A stretch of 64,000 nt of DNA from Haliotis rubra (GCF_003918875.1 NW_025765114.1:3286001-3350000), one strand, 5' to 3'. Counted from the stretch's first letter, positions 36,201 through 49,160 are shown. Notes: generated by a model not told the origin, from the letters alone. Translations and numbers: made by a program.

Positions 36201-39200
36201 CATGTCATTGCTTTATTTGCATTATACGAACAGTCTGACCAGTTTCATCAAAAAAAAATTGAAAAGAAAAATTTCCAAAGAACATTCTCCATTCCTTATA
36301 GCATTTTTTTAGCCATGTTGAAGCACAGGCCTTCGTGTCTTTGCGAAGATTAAAGATTTAAAAAAATATTTTTTTGAGATGACCCCCGACTTGAAATGCT
36401 ACACAGTACAATACATTATGACAAGGCCGGACACTTTGGTATACCCCACCCGCCTGCTGTGCCGATCACTACGCTACCATCGCATGCGATCGATTAAAAC
36501 TTAATGTAAACATAATCAAGGATGATTGGCACCCGAGGACTGTCCGCGACCAACGTTGCTTAACCTCAACTGATTGTGACCTGAGCTCTACGCACAGGAC
36601 CACACACCGCCACTCATGACACCTTCTAATTCTTTATTGCTATTTCTGCAAGTCGATTGAAACCCGATTTTGACTCTCAACTAAACGATCTTGACACAAA
36701 TGGATGGCGATATGACCGCACAAAAGGGGGGGTGGTTGAAGCAAGCACTCTGATTGGTCAACGCTTGCAAAATCTGCAATTCTTTATAAATTCGCTTGAT
36801 TTTTTTTTCTTTCATCGACTGCTTTATGTAAGAATATTTTTCGAGCAATGGCTTCTCAAAAGAAAGCATCAGTTGTAATATCTCCTAAACAAGGATAAAC
36901 CAGTCAGAGGGCTTGCTTTGACCACACACCCGTTTTGTGTGGACACATTGTCATCTATTTTTGTCAAGATCGTTTAGTTGGGAGTCAAAATCGGGTTTCA
37001 ATCGACTTACAGAAATGACAATGAAGAATTGGTAGGTGTCATGAGTGGTGATCGATAGGCCAATCGTCCATGATTATGTTTACATTAAGTTTTAATCGAT
37101 TGCATGCGATGGTAGCGTAGCGATCGGCAAAGCAGGCACGTAGGGTACACCAAAGTGTCCGGCCTTGTCATAATGTATTGTACTGTGAAGCATTTCAGGT
37201 TGGGGGTCATCTAAAATGTTTTATGTGTTTTTAACATCTTTAATTCTCGCAAAGACACGAGGGCCTGTGTGTTGAAGCTGTATTTTTTACTGTAGTTGCT
37301 CTGGAGTTGAACCGACTGGTGGAAAGGACTCAGAGCAGCCCATCTCCCAACACCAGCCTGTTCCAGCTACCCCCAGGGACTGTTGATGGCATCACCCCCA
37401 TGGCAACTGTCCAACAGGGTATCCCCACCCAGGCTGTACAGCCATTTGTCAAGCAGGAGATAGTCTCCACACCCATGGAGACCTCACAGCAGCAGCAGCC
37501 CCAACAGCAGCAGCCCCAACTGCAGACGCCACAGCAGACCCAACTGCAGCCACAGCAGACGCCACAGCTGCAGACGCCACAGCAGACGCCACAGCAGATG
37601 CCACAGCTGCAGACGCCACAGCTGCAGACGCCACAGCAGCCACAGCTTGCCAATAATGTGTTTGGCAAGACACTGCTTGATTTATTGAATGCTTCAAACC
37701 AACAGGTTCCCCAAAGTAAGACATTTCTGGTGACCCTTGATGTGATATTGCTAAAAGCAGCATGAAACTAAACTCATTCATTCACCTCAAAGTACGAATC
37801 AGGCCCTTTTTCTTGAAATGTTCATAGCCCTAAGAATTCTTAACTTTGATCGTAGCCAATGTGTTAAGAATTGGCTTAAGAAGTTTGTAAGGCTACGAAT
37901 GTTTCATGAATAGCTAACCTGTTGTCTAAATTGGAATTCAAGAAAATATCATGCATTGTAGCAATAAATATTTTATACAAAAAATTTAACTTTCAAAGGA
38001 AATGTTCAAATTTGTATGTTGTTATTTTCTAATCTTGTAATCTGATCTGTCCTCCAGCTTTGCAGACAGGAGTGAACCAGCCCAACTCTCAGATCATTCT
38101 TGTGAGCAACAACGGCCAAACTAACTCCACCGCTGTTGCTACAGAGGCAGGTGTAGCCAACCAGCAGATACAGGGCATGATGCAGTCATCACCAATGATT
38201 GTCATCCTCCCGGGAAACACCACAAACGCAACAGGCCAAGTTCAAGCACAGGCTACAGTGAATAATATACCAAGTGAGTCAATGTCCACCATCTTTCAAT
38301 AAGACAGACAACACAATCCTAGTATAGTAGGAGAGGGCCCAGGTATTTCATGATGGTTCTTGAAGGAGGATGTGGGGTCAGTTATATTGAACTGGACTTT
38401 GTGCACAACATTTATCATTGCTTTGGTAACTGTGACTGGTTTGCTAGGTCCAGATGCAAGAAACAGTTTGGTAAATATGCAGTGACAGTCCTATGTGCCC
38501 CAGTCGTCAAAGACATCTTACATGTAACTCACATGAATCTAATAACATAACTTACAATAGTGATACTTTATGTATGGAAATCTGTAAATTGTTTTGTTTT
38601 ATGAATGTAGTTTATTGTACATATATAACACATTGATGTTAACACTTGTTCATGGAGGTGAGGTGAAAGGGGGTTAATGTTGTACTGAAGAATATTTCGC
38701 TCATTTGACAACGTGCACACATGTGTATGTGTGGCTGCTTGTACTAGGCCAGACTTAAGCTGGTTTTATAGTGCTAGAGATACCATGCCACAGTTAAGCG
38801 TGAATACCCCACTCAGACACATTATACTGACTCCGAACTGACCAGTCCTTGTTGCACCCATTAATGCCGAGCGCCAGGCAGGGACCAGCAAGTACCATAT
38901 TTTAAGGTCTTTTGGTGCAATATGGCTGGGGATCGAACCCACGACCTTCCGTTCTCCGTGCAGAGTCTCTCACCACTACACCACGGAGGTGGCCTCTTGT
39001 TCACAGAGACTTTATGTGCCAGCTGGCAGTTTATCCTCTGGAAGAAAAACAGTACATTTACAATTTAAATGTAACAGTGAGTTAAACATCTTCTATCATA
39101 ACAATGTGTTTCAAGCTCAAATATGCATTTTATCTACCCATAATCTCATTTGTGATTGATCTTATGCAAAACGTGTGAATGCTCTGATTTAAGAAGTGGC

Positions 39201-39264
39201 TCTTGTTTTGACAGTGGAGTCAATCCTGAAGTCTCTTCTTGGCCATCAGACCGGTCCGACATAA
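15220..39264 (+). CDS. NFAT5: Nuclear factor of activated T-cells 5 (TonEBP), multi-exon
   Basis: AG/GT-bounded exons: 15219-15349, 21844-21966, 22593-22682, 24226-24693, 25741-26564, 26958-27199, 27418-27608, 27880-28061, 28856-29049, 29582-29705, (optional 30404-30436), 35943-36020, 37296-37715, 38058-38273, 39215-39264 (stop TAA). Phases are compatible except for two apparent +1 shifts (~25940, ~27013). Confidence 0.88.
15465..17305. repeat. 44-bp minisatellite in NFAT5 intron
   Basis: Unit GACCCCAATACTGGGAAGGTATGATACATAGTACCCCATCACAT, period 44 (15812 to 15856), with variant domains. Confidence 0.97.
15569..15769 (+). mobile_element. 5'-truncated SINE family B inside the minisatellite
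   Basis: Matches the 3' half of family B; (CCA)n tail; TSD CCCCAAT(A/G)CTTGGA. Confidence 0.88.
17557..21372 (-). mobile_element. Sola (probably Sola1) DNA transposon with decayed transposase
   Basis: TIRs CG(A/T)GGGTTT..GCAGCAAGGTACCAAGTGC, 4-bp AATT TSD, subterminal palindromic repeats, transposase fragments on the minus strand. Confidence 0.82.
18702..20696 (-). pseudogene. Fragmented Sola-type DDD transposase
   Basis: Motifs spread across frames: [68 protein letters not shown]; multiple stops and frameshifts. Confidence 0.85.
22054..22285 (+). mobile_element. SINE-like family C (diverged)
   Basis: GACACGTGAAGATCCAGGTTAGAATTGGTCTTCAGTAACCCATG head with family-C body. Confidence 0.8.
22657..24118. 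repeat. 61/~85-bp minisatellite derived from the NFAT5 exon 22593-22682 3' end and donor site
   Basis: Units CAGTAACACCTGCACGGTGAGTCCATTACTTACTGAAACCCCCTTCGGCTCCTGCCCCATA plus a longer variant containing CATACAGTCAGTC(A/C)GTGAGTACCACATTCAGTCC. Confidence 0.95.
24817..25556. mobile_element. Foldback MITE interrupted by a SINE
   Basis: Left arm 24817-24892 plus 25267-25303 is the reverse complement of 25444-25556. Confidence 0.72.
24893..25254 (+). mobile_element. SINE family B
   Basis: Full length; TSD CTCCTTCAT(C/G)AG. Confidence 0.92.
26958..29705 (+). CDS. NFAT5: NFAT5 Rel-homology (DNA-binding) and IPT/TIG domain exons
   Basis: [93 protein letters not shown]...[27 protein letters not shown] is the NFAT5-type recognition loop (NFATc has RAHYETEG). 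Confidence 0.96.
28091..28171 (+). mobile_element. Family C 5' head fragment
   Basis: ACCTGTGAAGATCCGGGTTAGAATTGATCTTT...CGGGTGGTCAG. Confidence 0.75.
28289..28529. mobile_element. MITE with hAT-like CAGGGG termini
   Basis: TIR CAGGGGTGGAAATAAC at both ends; TAAGT on both flanks. Confidence 0.75.
29237..29375 (+). mobile_element. 5'-truncated family C copy
   Basis: GGATTGTCTGGTCCAGACTCGATTATTTACAGACC...ATATAGCTGGAATATT, (CAAC)n tail. Confidence 0.8.
32030..32598. repeat. 29-bp minisatellite
   Basis: Unit GATTGTTCAGCTCTAGACAGTACGACAGT. Confidence 0.95.
35100..35830. repeat. 43-bp G-rich minisatellite
   Basis: Unit GATGCAGCTTGTGGGTAGAGGTTAGGGA(A/G)GGGATTT(TG/CA)TAT(A/G)G. Confidence 0.96.
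36324..37269. mobile_element. Long-TIR foldback DNA element (P/hAT-like by 8-bp TSD)
   Basis: CACAGGCC...GGCCTGTG termini, ~320-390 bp imperfect TIRs, perfect TSD TGTTGAAG. Confidence 0.88.
38658..38995 (-). mobile_element. SINE family B (diverged)
   Basis: Reverse-complement match; TSD CTTGTTCA..GAG. Confidence 0.87.
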
Positions 39265-42200
39265 AGATTACCAAGGTTCCAGCCCATAACATGGCTGACC
39301 GACAAGTGACCATGGTTTGGAGGAGAATCCTGGTGAAGTGGGTTAAAGCAGCCCACAGCCTGCCTGTCCAGGGCAAAGCCTGTCCAGGGCAACGCCGCTT
39401 TGTTGCATATTATATAGAGGGCTCGGTACTGCCAGCTCTCTGGTCATAGGCAGCTATGTTTTCAGCATTTCCTTTTATTTGTAATGTGAAGGGACCTTGA
39501 GTTCATGTTAGGGTTGTTGAATGTGCCATGTTTGTTAATGCTTTATCACCAGTTCGTGACTACATAACAAAGAATGCCATCAATGCAGTCATGTGGTCAT
39601 CATCATATCATATCCAATTAAACGTTCATAGCAACTGGGAACATAGCCGGAGAATGACTCTTCAGTCAGCAGAGTGCAAAGCTTTTTTGAGATGTGAGAA
39701 TGGCATGTATTTTACCTGGTAACATTTCATGATATCACTGCCAAAGACACATTTCGGAGACAATTACAAGGGGATTAGACACTTGTCTTTACTTAACATT
39801 GAATCAGCTACCCAACAAGACTGAAACACTGTTAGAGGATACAGGCATGCATGCATCAGATAATAGTGTTCTGTTTAAACCAACTGAAGAAGTGATGAAG
39901 ATGAAATTAACTTTCAGTTTCTGGCAGGTGATCATGTCATAATCCTGACTGACTTGTATTGGAATCATATCAAATGGATAACATCTGAAACATTACTAGT
40001 TTAATCATATCATGCTTAATAGACTTAATGCATAATTGCGTAGATTTCTGTTGGTGTGTTGGTGTGTATTTGTCTTTCAACACAACCATTGCTTAACACA
40101 CATTTGTATTTTTGTCTGTGGGAAACAACTTTATATTTTGTAGTGCTGGAAGTGCATTGTGCTTCACTTATTAACTTTGTTGCTTTTGTCTTATACTTTC
40201 TATACAATATTTGTATACTTGTTACCAAGTTTTGACAGTGTATATGGAGCACTGTCGGTGTAATACAGTCAAAGAGGGCTGGTTACATGTCCCTGCTGCA
40301 GCTTTATTTCATATGTTGTGACATAACTATGTAATCCTATACATGATTTACGAACCATACAAAAACATCACAAGTGATGGTAACACTGACAAATTCTTAT
40401 TAGTCAAATTACTGTTTGGGCTGGTGACTGACAAAGTAAAGATACTCAAAATATTTTTTCAATGCCTGGATTCAAATGGATAACATTTGTCCTTATTTAT
40501 ACAACATTGATAAAAGCATGTCAAAACATGAATGTTCGTTTTTTCGTATTCCTAATTGTGTTTGTGTATCATTTCATTTTGTTCCCAAAACTGTTCATTG
40601 AACTCATTCCATATAATATTGTCCAGTTGTGTTGTTTTTGTGTTGTTTTTGTGTTGAAGTGCTCTTCCTCTGTCAGGTGTTGTCAGGGGCACATTTGTAT
40701 GGGAGTACTTGGGCATGATTTGATATTAGTGAATGCAGTAATGTTTTGCCATATTTTTATATGTCCCAGTGACACAAAGTTTGGTTTAATACAAGTATTT
40801 GACCTGTTTGTAATACTGTAGTTTTCTACAAACATGTGAACTGCTCTTTATATGGGAGCTTTTACCCCTGTCGTTTTTTCCAGTATTGTTTTTTAATGGT
40901 CACAATGATTCAGTCAGTTCACCCAACATTTCACATCACACATGGTAATTTCACCTGTTTTATGTTTCTGACAGTTTCTTGCCAACTTTTCTATTTGAAA
41001 GCACAAACAGATATTAGTTTTTCATTGGGTGTCTTCTATGTTGTCAAATTGGTCACTGCTGACATCTCTTATATTAAAATGTCGTGTTCCTAACTGTTTC
41101 TAGCAACGCTGGAAATTTGAAATGTCTCTGGGGACTGACACATCAACATTTCTTGTTTACTTTGGTTGATTTCCTCTACAGAAGATGCTTTGATTTTGAG
41201 ATTCATATTTTGAGTACTTCTCGAAAATAAATGTTGTCCTTTTTCTAGATATATTTGCACATCCATCTCTAAGATAATTGCTCACAATCCTTATCATGAG
41301 CTTCATTTTGTATGGGAAAGCATTGTGTAAATAACTTTAAGAGGAATGGAAAACTTCACAAATATTTTTCTTTGTGTCTACTATGAAACTGGGCATTGTG
41401 TAATGAGTTTTCCTAAATTTGACTAAAGTGTCAAGCTTTGATCAGAATACCACAGCTAAATAGAAAATACTTGATACTCCTTCAAGGTACTGTTATGTGA
41501 TCTGGATAATAGCTAAACAGTTATAGCTAAGGAAAGTGAGGTCTATCTGAAATGATGAGATCACCACTGCAACTGTTACTTACTGTTAGTTTTATCAACA
41601 ACGAACTAATTAAGAGCAAATCATTCAAATATTAAAAATACCAGTGTAAACCATCAACAAGATCACCACCAGTACTGGTATTATTTTATTGCAAATTGGT
41701 ATCAGTTTCTGTCAGTTCACATGTTTTTTGTACATTTTCAAAGCTGGACTATTTCATTTGCTGCTGTAGAATCAAAACTTTTTACTAAATTACCTTTAAT
41801 TATCTACTTTTAATAGCAATGTGATCTATTCTTTTTTTAAAGTTCACTCTGGACTGATTAACTTTCTTATCTAAATACTTTATACCTGGAAAAACCTAAA
41901 AAGATGAATTTATTTCGATTACAAAATAGCAGCCATTGTGAAATTTCTGTGTGTCACAATGTGAAATTTGATTTACAGCAATCCAAACTGGCATGTGCAA
42001 GGACAAAGACAATGTTTCTTCTCATTTATGTTTATGACCTTTAACTTTCATATGAAATGTACCCGAAATGGATATATTCCTGTGGTTGCTATGGCAACCA
42101 TGATGGAAAATTTTAGAAATCACTACACCAGGAAGTATTCCTTTATTAGAGTATAATGTCACTCACTTGGTATATTTGGTAATAGCTGCAGTTTGCATCA

Positions 42201-45200
42201 ATACAAAATACTGTATTCTTCTATTAAAGTGAGCTACAGAACCTAATATCAGTCAGTATTTTATCACAAGTTCACAATATTCTTTGAATAGTTAAGCCAA
42301 TGAACTTGATATAGAAATAAGAACATTTGAATTAAACCCCATAGTGGACAGTCTTTGATTGACATGTAGATATATGTAAATGAGTATATATAGAACTTGT
42401 ATATATTGTACATAATGTTGCAGTAAAGCATATAGAGGGATGCACTTTTGCTTAATTATATGTTCTGGATACAATATTTGGCAAAATATAATGTTTGATC
42501 CAATTACGAATAATGTATGTGTTAAAGTACTGTCGGAATTAGAAAAAAACTAAAATTGACACAACTGCAAATAGCATATGTTGAAATAACCCACTTCGGC
42601 CTAACTTGGCATTCAGTGGGATGCGTAATAGGATATCCAGAAAAGCATGTTTACTCGTAAAATCGGGCAAAACGTAGACAAAATACGAATAGCTGCTGAA
42701 AACAATAGATCAGACTATAGATGGCAATTAGGTCGCTCAGCCAGGTATGACGACGGACCGTCGACTCACCTGACATGAAATGCATGTGCTGCCTACAGGC
42801 ACAAGAGGCCATCTCAAAGATATTTTGTGCTTTTTCATGTGTGTTGACTATGTCTCATCTATTGATTAACATCTTACGTGTCTTTCTTTCATATAGTTTA
42901 TGTTGAGATATGTAAAAGAGTATGATACCTGATAACCATATAAATGCATCGTATCAAATGTCTCAAAATATATAGGTGACATGACCACCCGATTGCAAAG
43001 ATCGACAGGGCTGGATATTATTTGTAAATTGTTATAACATGCCGTGTACTTCCCCAGTATAATTCCCCAGGATTATCTTATCTTAGCTGATATCTCTATC
43101 CCCAACCCCGACCTCAACGATCGTCCAGGTTTTGCTTTTGAGACGAACCCTCCTATCTGTTTCTTATTATAGTGACAGTGAGACTCCATGGTAGCTACAT
43201 CCTTAATAGTTTTAGCATGAAAGTTATTATTTTTTACGTCAGCTATCGTTTATAATTAAGCTACGTCTAATTTCAAATTGGGCATTTGAAAAGTGTCCTT
43301 TGTAATACAATATTGTCGCACACTAATTTGCATAAAGCCATGGTTTGTTCCAAATAAATCGTTTTGGACTTAGAAAAAACCGCATTGCTCATTCCTGCAC
43401 TCATCTCTCCTCAGTAAAGTCCTTTTTCTCCGTTTCCTATCTCCCTACCACTGAGACTGTTGTTAGGCCAAACTTAGTTTAACAGATATTTCACACTTGC
43501 ACATATCTACTACATAAATTGTAGAGATAACTGAGAAAATACCATTTTTTTCTATTTCCGACAGTACTTAAGTTTTCTGGTGAGTCATAGTTGATAGGAA
43601 GTAGTATGTGAAGAAAGTTCCATGTATAATACAGTTTGTTATGGTAGGATTAAAGATATTAGTATTAAGAGTTCAGTAACTGGAGAGTTATGTATGCTTT
43701 AATATTCTGAAATATAACGACTATATAGGTTTGAAAATAGCACATTACCAAAGAGATTTTATTATTTTACTCAAACATACTATGTAGCAGCAAAACGGTG
43801 TTTACCAAACCTGTTTTTTATAAATGTAAATGAGAATTTATGTTCCATCATTTAATTATCATTATTGTAGTATATCTGACCAATCGTTATCTAATCACCA
43901 AAGATGGGATTGGGGGAGTGATTAGTTAGATCAATGATAACTAACAATTAATAGTAGTTGGTTTAGACGACTGTATTAGTTTTTAAATATTGGTTGAATC
44001 ATGAAACATTTAGATAATACTTAATTGGAAATGTTTAGATGCACATTCTGTGTGGGTTTTTCATTCATAATTTATGCATTTTTTCATAGTTTTTTATTCT
44101 TAATTCATTTTTAGATGATTCGCTTCTTCAGATTGACAAAGTTTTTACTGAATGTTTGACTGTACATGTGTGTTACATTTTGTGATACAGCAATGCTATT
44201 GTGAATGTGAGTGTTGCCTTTTAATCAGTGAATCAGTTAAGCTTTCAAACCCAGAAATTTATCAACACTAAAATGTCCCTAACTGGAATGAAACAATTCC
44301 AGCTATCTGTTTTGAAAGCGTTTTGCAAATGTGAATTCTGAAGGGAAGATTTTCTAAAACTTAATTCTCCTCAAATGCATTAATGCATTATCAATACCTC
44401 TGAATTTAGGAAAATATGAAAAATTTGGGGACAAAATTACGCTCGTCCTCGATAAATTCCTGAAACATTTTCAGCACGCAAAATATATATTGCCGTTACA
44501 GACCTTATGGGTCGAGGTTATGTGCTGCTAGCTTACAACTGTGATTGTGTTGTTTTTGTAATGTGTATACTCTCTTGGTTTGCAAATAGTTAAACTTGAA
44601 TCTCATATTCTTTATAATACGAGTATTCGTACATGTTGAGATGTCTCCTTCTGTAAAGTTGGGGTAGTTTTCTGGTCAGTTAGTAGATGTGATAAGGATA
44701 TCTCTCTGTCTCTCTTCATTTGCTCATAACAAATTCATGAGGTTTTCTTAATTATTCCTTGAGTCATTTGACAAACCTAATGCCATTTGTAAAGTTTGAA
44801 TCATATAATCATTCACAACTTCCTGAATACTCAAGAATAAGTTTTTAATTTTTCAGTTTTGGTGTTTATATACAAAACAAGAGAAATATGACTTTTTTAA
44901 GATTTCTGTCATGTTTGATGGCTGTTTTGTATACATAGCTTCAGGCAAATGTCCCATCTTTCTCAAGCAAGGGAGTCTCTGACTATGAAAGTACAGTTTC
45001 CAATTTAGGAGTTATGTATTGGTTGACTAACGAGTCTGCAGAGTCCAATCACAATTAAGTGTCTGAATCGATATCCAGTATGTAGACTGACCTGCAGACT
45101 TCATGTCAACTTGCAAAGTATATGTACCATCCACTTGTCGTCAACAAATATTGTACAAAACATTTAATGTTTTAATCAAGGTGTTCAAGGAAGTTGATGC

Positions 45201-46400
45201 ACTTATAAAGTTAAGACCCGTTTTATTACAAAATCAGTATTGATCTTGATTATCACTGAGTTTGGGTTGACCAACCACCTTTTTCTTTGAAGAAAATGTG
45301 AGTAATATGATTGGTGGAATCTGATTGGCCAGTTGGAGAGGACATGGAAGGGGCATAACTTTAATAGCCACTGGTGTAACTATGATCGAACCATGAAATT
45401 CAAGCCTAGTTCACCAAGGATTGGAACAGGACTTTTGTAGTCTGTTAACTCCCCACAGGAAGATTGTCAATCCAGGAACTGACATACTGCTCATGAAGGA
45501 AAAATATATCTCAAAACTAACATCATATTTCATAGGGTGCTACAAACTTTAGGGCAGATAAGAAATTAAAATTGAATTATGTAAATAACCAACTGTACAG
45601 CAAACTGATGATTTTGTTGTAATATTTGAAGAGTTTTTAGATCTTTAGGAAAGATGTAGTGTACATAGCAACATGCAACAGGAATTCTGTCTTCCGACAG
45701 CAAGTATTGACTGTAGACAATGTTTAGAAGGCTGCAATGAGCAGTACCATTTTCTAGTCCAAAGGCGCCGTTCTTGTAGTGGGCACTTTCAGATGTAGTC
45801 CTGTTGTGTTGTAGACATTTCCTGTGTTAAAAACTGGTAAGGTAATCTGGACTATGAAATGACGAAAAATATTATCAAACATATCTGAAAGTGGTCAAAA
45901 ACTACATCATCAGGCAGCCATCTTGAATTCCATGTAATATTGTATGTACAGGTGACCATGTTCTTTTCCAAATTTGGTTAACTAATGAATCAGGGTGGAT
46001 TTCAGTTGTTTCGAAAATGTCAAAATCATTGAAATTTAAATAAGTGGTGTTATGTGTTGTGAAACAATAGGTGGAACATGGTTACCTTGGCATGGAGCAT
46101 AGCCACGCTTGTGTACAAATTGATGTGACACTATTTATATTGAATATGAAGCACATGCTAAGTATTTTAGCATGTGCAGCTTTGTTTTCTACAAGTGAAC
46201 GAGTATTACATGTTTGACATGGGACTATACTTTTAATGCATTATCTGTGATGAATTAACTAATGAGGACAGATACAAACATGACTGGCTAATAACTAGTG
46301 TGCCTTATTCCAAAACTACAACTCTTGTGAAGCCATTTTCATCTTCAGAATAACTGGCGAGTGATCATAAACATCATCATATCCGGTATTAATCAGCATG

Positions 46401-46625
46401 GCTTGGTTTGACGTGGTGTCAACTAGCTTGGTTTGACGTGGTGTCAACTAGCTTGGTTTGACGTGGTGTCAACTAGCTTGGTTTGACGTGGTGTCAACTA
46501 GTTTGGTTTGACGTGGTGTCAACTAGCTTGGTTTGACGTGGTGTCAACTAGCTTGGTTTGACGTGGTGTCAACTAGCTTGGTTTGACGTGGTGTCAACTA
46601 GTTTGGTTTGACGTGGTGTCAACTA
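46401..46625. repeat. 25-bp tandem repeat x9, each unit a small hairpin
   Basis: GCTTGGTTTGACGTGGTGTCAACTA; TTGAC/GTCAA inverted arms. Confidence 0.97.
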
Positions 46626-48059
46626 GTTGATCACAAACCTAATTTGAGACTTGTGTCATTTGACATGAAATATGTAACCTTTGACCCTTGTTCCATTTAG
46701 TCGGCCTAGATGTTTTATCATCCATGACACATTTTCAAAGATTGAACTCATTAATGGTTTAGTTATTTGTGTTTGTATCTGTTCATGTGTAATCAAAATA
46801 TGTGTGCATACATTGATCACATCATCTGATCATAGCATTAGATTTGGCTGGTTACTGTGTAAATATATATTTGAACATTTGAAAACGAGTGACAAATGTG
46901 TGCAAGCTTTGATGTCTACCCTCTGAAGAAAAAATTAAATACTGTTTACTGGAAAACTTCTTACAAGAATGTTAAAAGAAGACAATATCTGATTCAGTTC
47001 AAAAATAATATAAAATAGTTAATTTATTTACAGTTTCACCAACTGTGTGAATACCATGTGTTTTTCTGATGATTGATACAAGTTCTGTACATTCAACCCC
47101 GTGGAAAGTGTAAAGGTTGTTTTGTCATGTTATGGACATGTCATCTGTTCTGTGTCATCACGTCTTCAACAAGTGGGCTCAGACATCAAGCACACAACAT
47201 TGTCAAAAGCTCTATGTGAATATAACCAAATCAGCATGGCCAACTCGGTGAGATAGTTCCACGAAGGAGTTAAACATAACAAACCAATATTCAGATGCAT
47301 CAGAGACATGGAAAGGGAAGTTTTAAAATAACCCGTTGTTTTATCTAGCTGTGGTTGAGTATACCTAGGTGACACTGCTTGTACTTCCACTGCGTTGTTG
47401 TTACACGTGTTGTGATTGGCTAACTACACCAAGGTGTTGTTAATGACGTGTGACATCCGTCTCTGATCACGTGACAGGGACTTGTGATTACAATGGTTAT
47501 ATCTGTGCGACATGCAATCCATGTCAGATGGAATACAACCAGTGAAACTTTGTTAAATTTTGAGATTTTTATTTTAAATAAAAGAACTTTTAAATGTATG
47601 TATAGATATATTTGTTAGCTGTCAGATTTGTCAAGTTAACATTAGAAGGAAATTGGTATCTAAATAATTTGCAATAGCCTACTAGCATAATCCCAAAGAA
47701 TACTTAAAACTCTTAGGATTCTTGTTTGCAGGGTGAAAATTGTACACAGCTTTTTGGTGAAATATTGACTAAGCATTATTACAGTGATGCAAAACTGTAC
47801 AGAATAGTGTTTGCCAAATACTTCTCATTTATGGTATTCATTCATACATATGTTGCAATTTTTTTTATGTTATGTGTTGTCCAAGCTAAATAAAGAAAAT
47901 ATTGAAAAGAAACACACCTTGTATTTTCTCTATGCAGACAAAGTGGGATTAATTCATTTTATTACCCATATGGTGAATCATAACCAGTGTCATAATTATT
48001 CATCATCCAAAACTGTGGTCCACAGGAGATATTGCTTGTGTGAGATCAAACGGCTTTGA

Positions 48060-49160
48060 CAGTAGATTTTGTACAATACCCTGACAATGCTATGACGTCA
48101 TGAACTTGATGACGTCAAAATGCTATGACATCACTTCGTTGCAAGCCTAATGGCAGTACTGTGTTCAGAGATGTACATTTTTCATTGTAAACCAAAAGTC
48201 ACTGTGTTCTTTAATCTGATTGGTTGAAAAACGTGATCAAATGGTATTTGATTCCCGGAAATTCTCTGCGTATTAATACATACAAACATCGCTCACAGCA
48301 TTGTATTGTTTCGTCGTCAGCTGTGATGACGTCATTAAAATCATATTGTGACGTAAAGTCCGAATGACGTCACAAATGAGCAGTTCCAGATTCTACCATG
48401 GGAGACAGCCGAAACGGCCGGCTGATGACATTTCACTGCTGTACCCGTACTCGATGTCAATGAGAGCAGACACAAAAACGTGTGTGGACCTTTCGGTTTA
48501 CTTTTGTGTTTACAATGTCGATAAACATCATGTGTTGGCGAATTTCCGGGTGTTATTGAGTATTTGAAGCACGGGAATATCTCATTTGAAACCTCCGGCT
48601 GACGCCGTCGGTTCCAAATGAATTCCCGTGCTTCAAATACTCAATAGCACCCGGAAATTCGCCAACACATGATGTTTATCTCCTAATTGAAAACTAATGA
48701 AGAGTGATTTTGGATGATAAATAGAATCTAACCCTCGTGTCTTCTGATATCAAATATATCACCACTCGTTGATAAAAGTTAAGCCTCGGATATTTGTAAC
48801 TTTATCAACTCGTGTTGATATAATTGATATCAGAAGACACTAGGGTGAGATTCCCTATATATCATTTGTGCACATATCACTTTTGCCAAGCAACCATTGT
48901 TTCTGTATTTCGTCGTCTGTGACGTCATGAAACAATTGTACGTGACGTCGATGAACAGGGCAGTCACACTTGCTTACCGTGTTTTACTGCACAAATGTAC
49001 ATGAATAAAATGGATAATAAAGAAATTATTACACTCGCAAGTGTGCCACACGACTTATACGAAATTCATGCAAAATTTTGTATTGCCCTCGCTCTCGCTC
49101 GGAAAAGTTTACCCTCGTTTCGTGTAAGTCGTGTGACACACTAGCTCGTGTAATAATATC
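48060..49160. repeat. Cluster of three long palindromes with TGACGTCA-rich bodies (probable non-autonomous DNA elements)
   Basis: Inverted repeats at 48520-48680, 48721-48858 and 49025-49157. Confidence 0.75.

Noticed and set aside
37330-37781. Cys/Gly-rich (metallothionein-like) and Ala-rich minus-strand ORFs
   Set aside because: Antisense shadows of the CAG-rich NFAT5 exon.
46401-46625. CRISPR-like palindromic repeats
   Set aside because: Units are head-to-tail with no spacers, no cas genes, and the context is eukaryotic.
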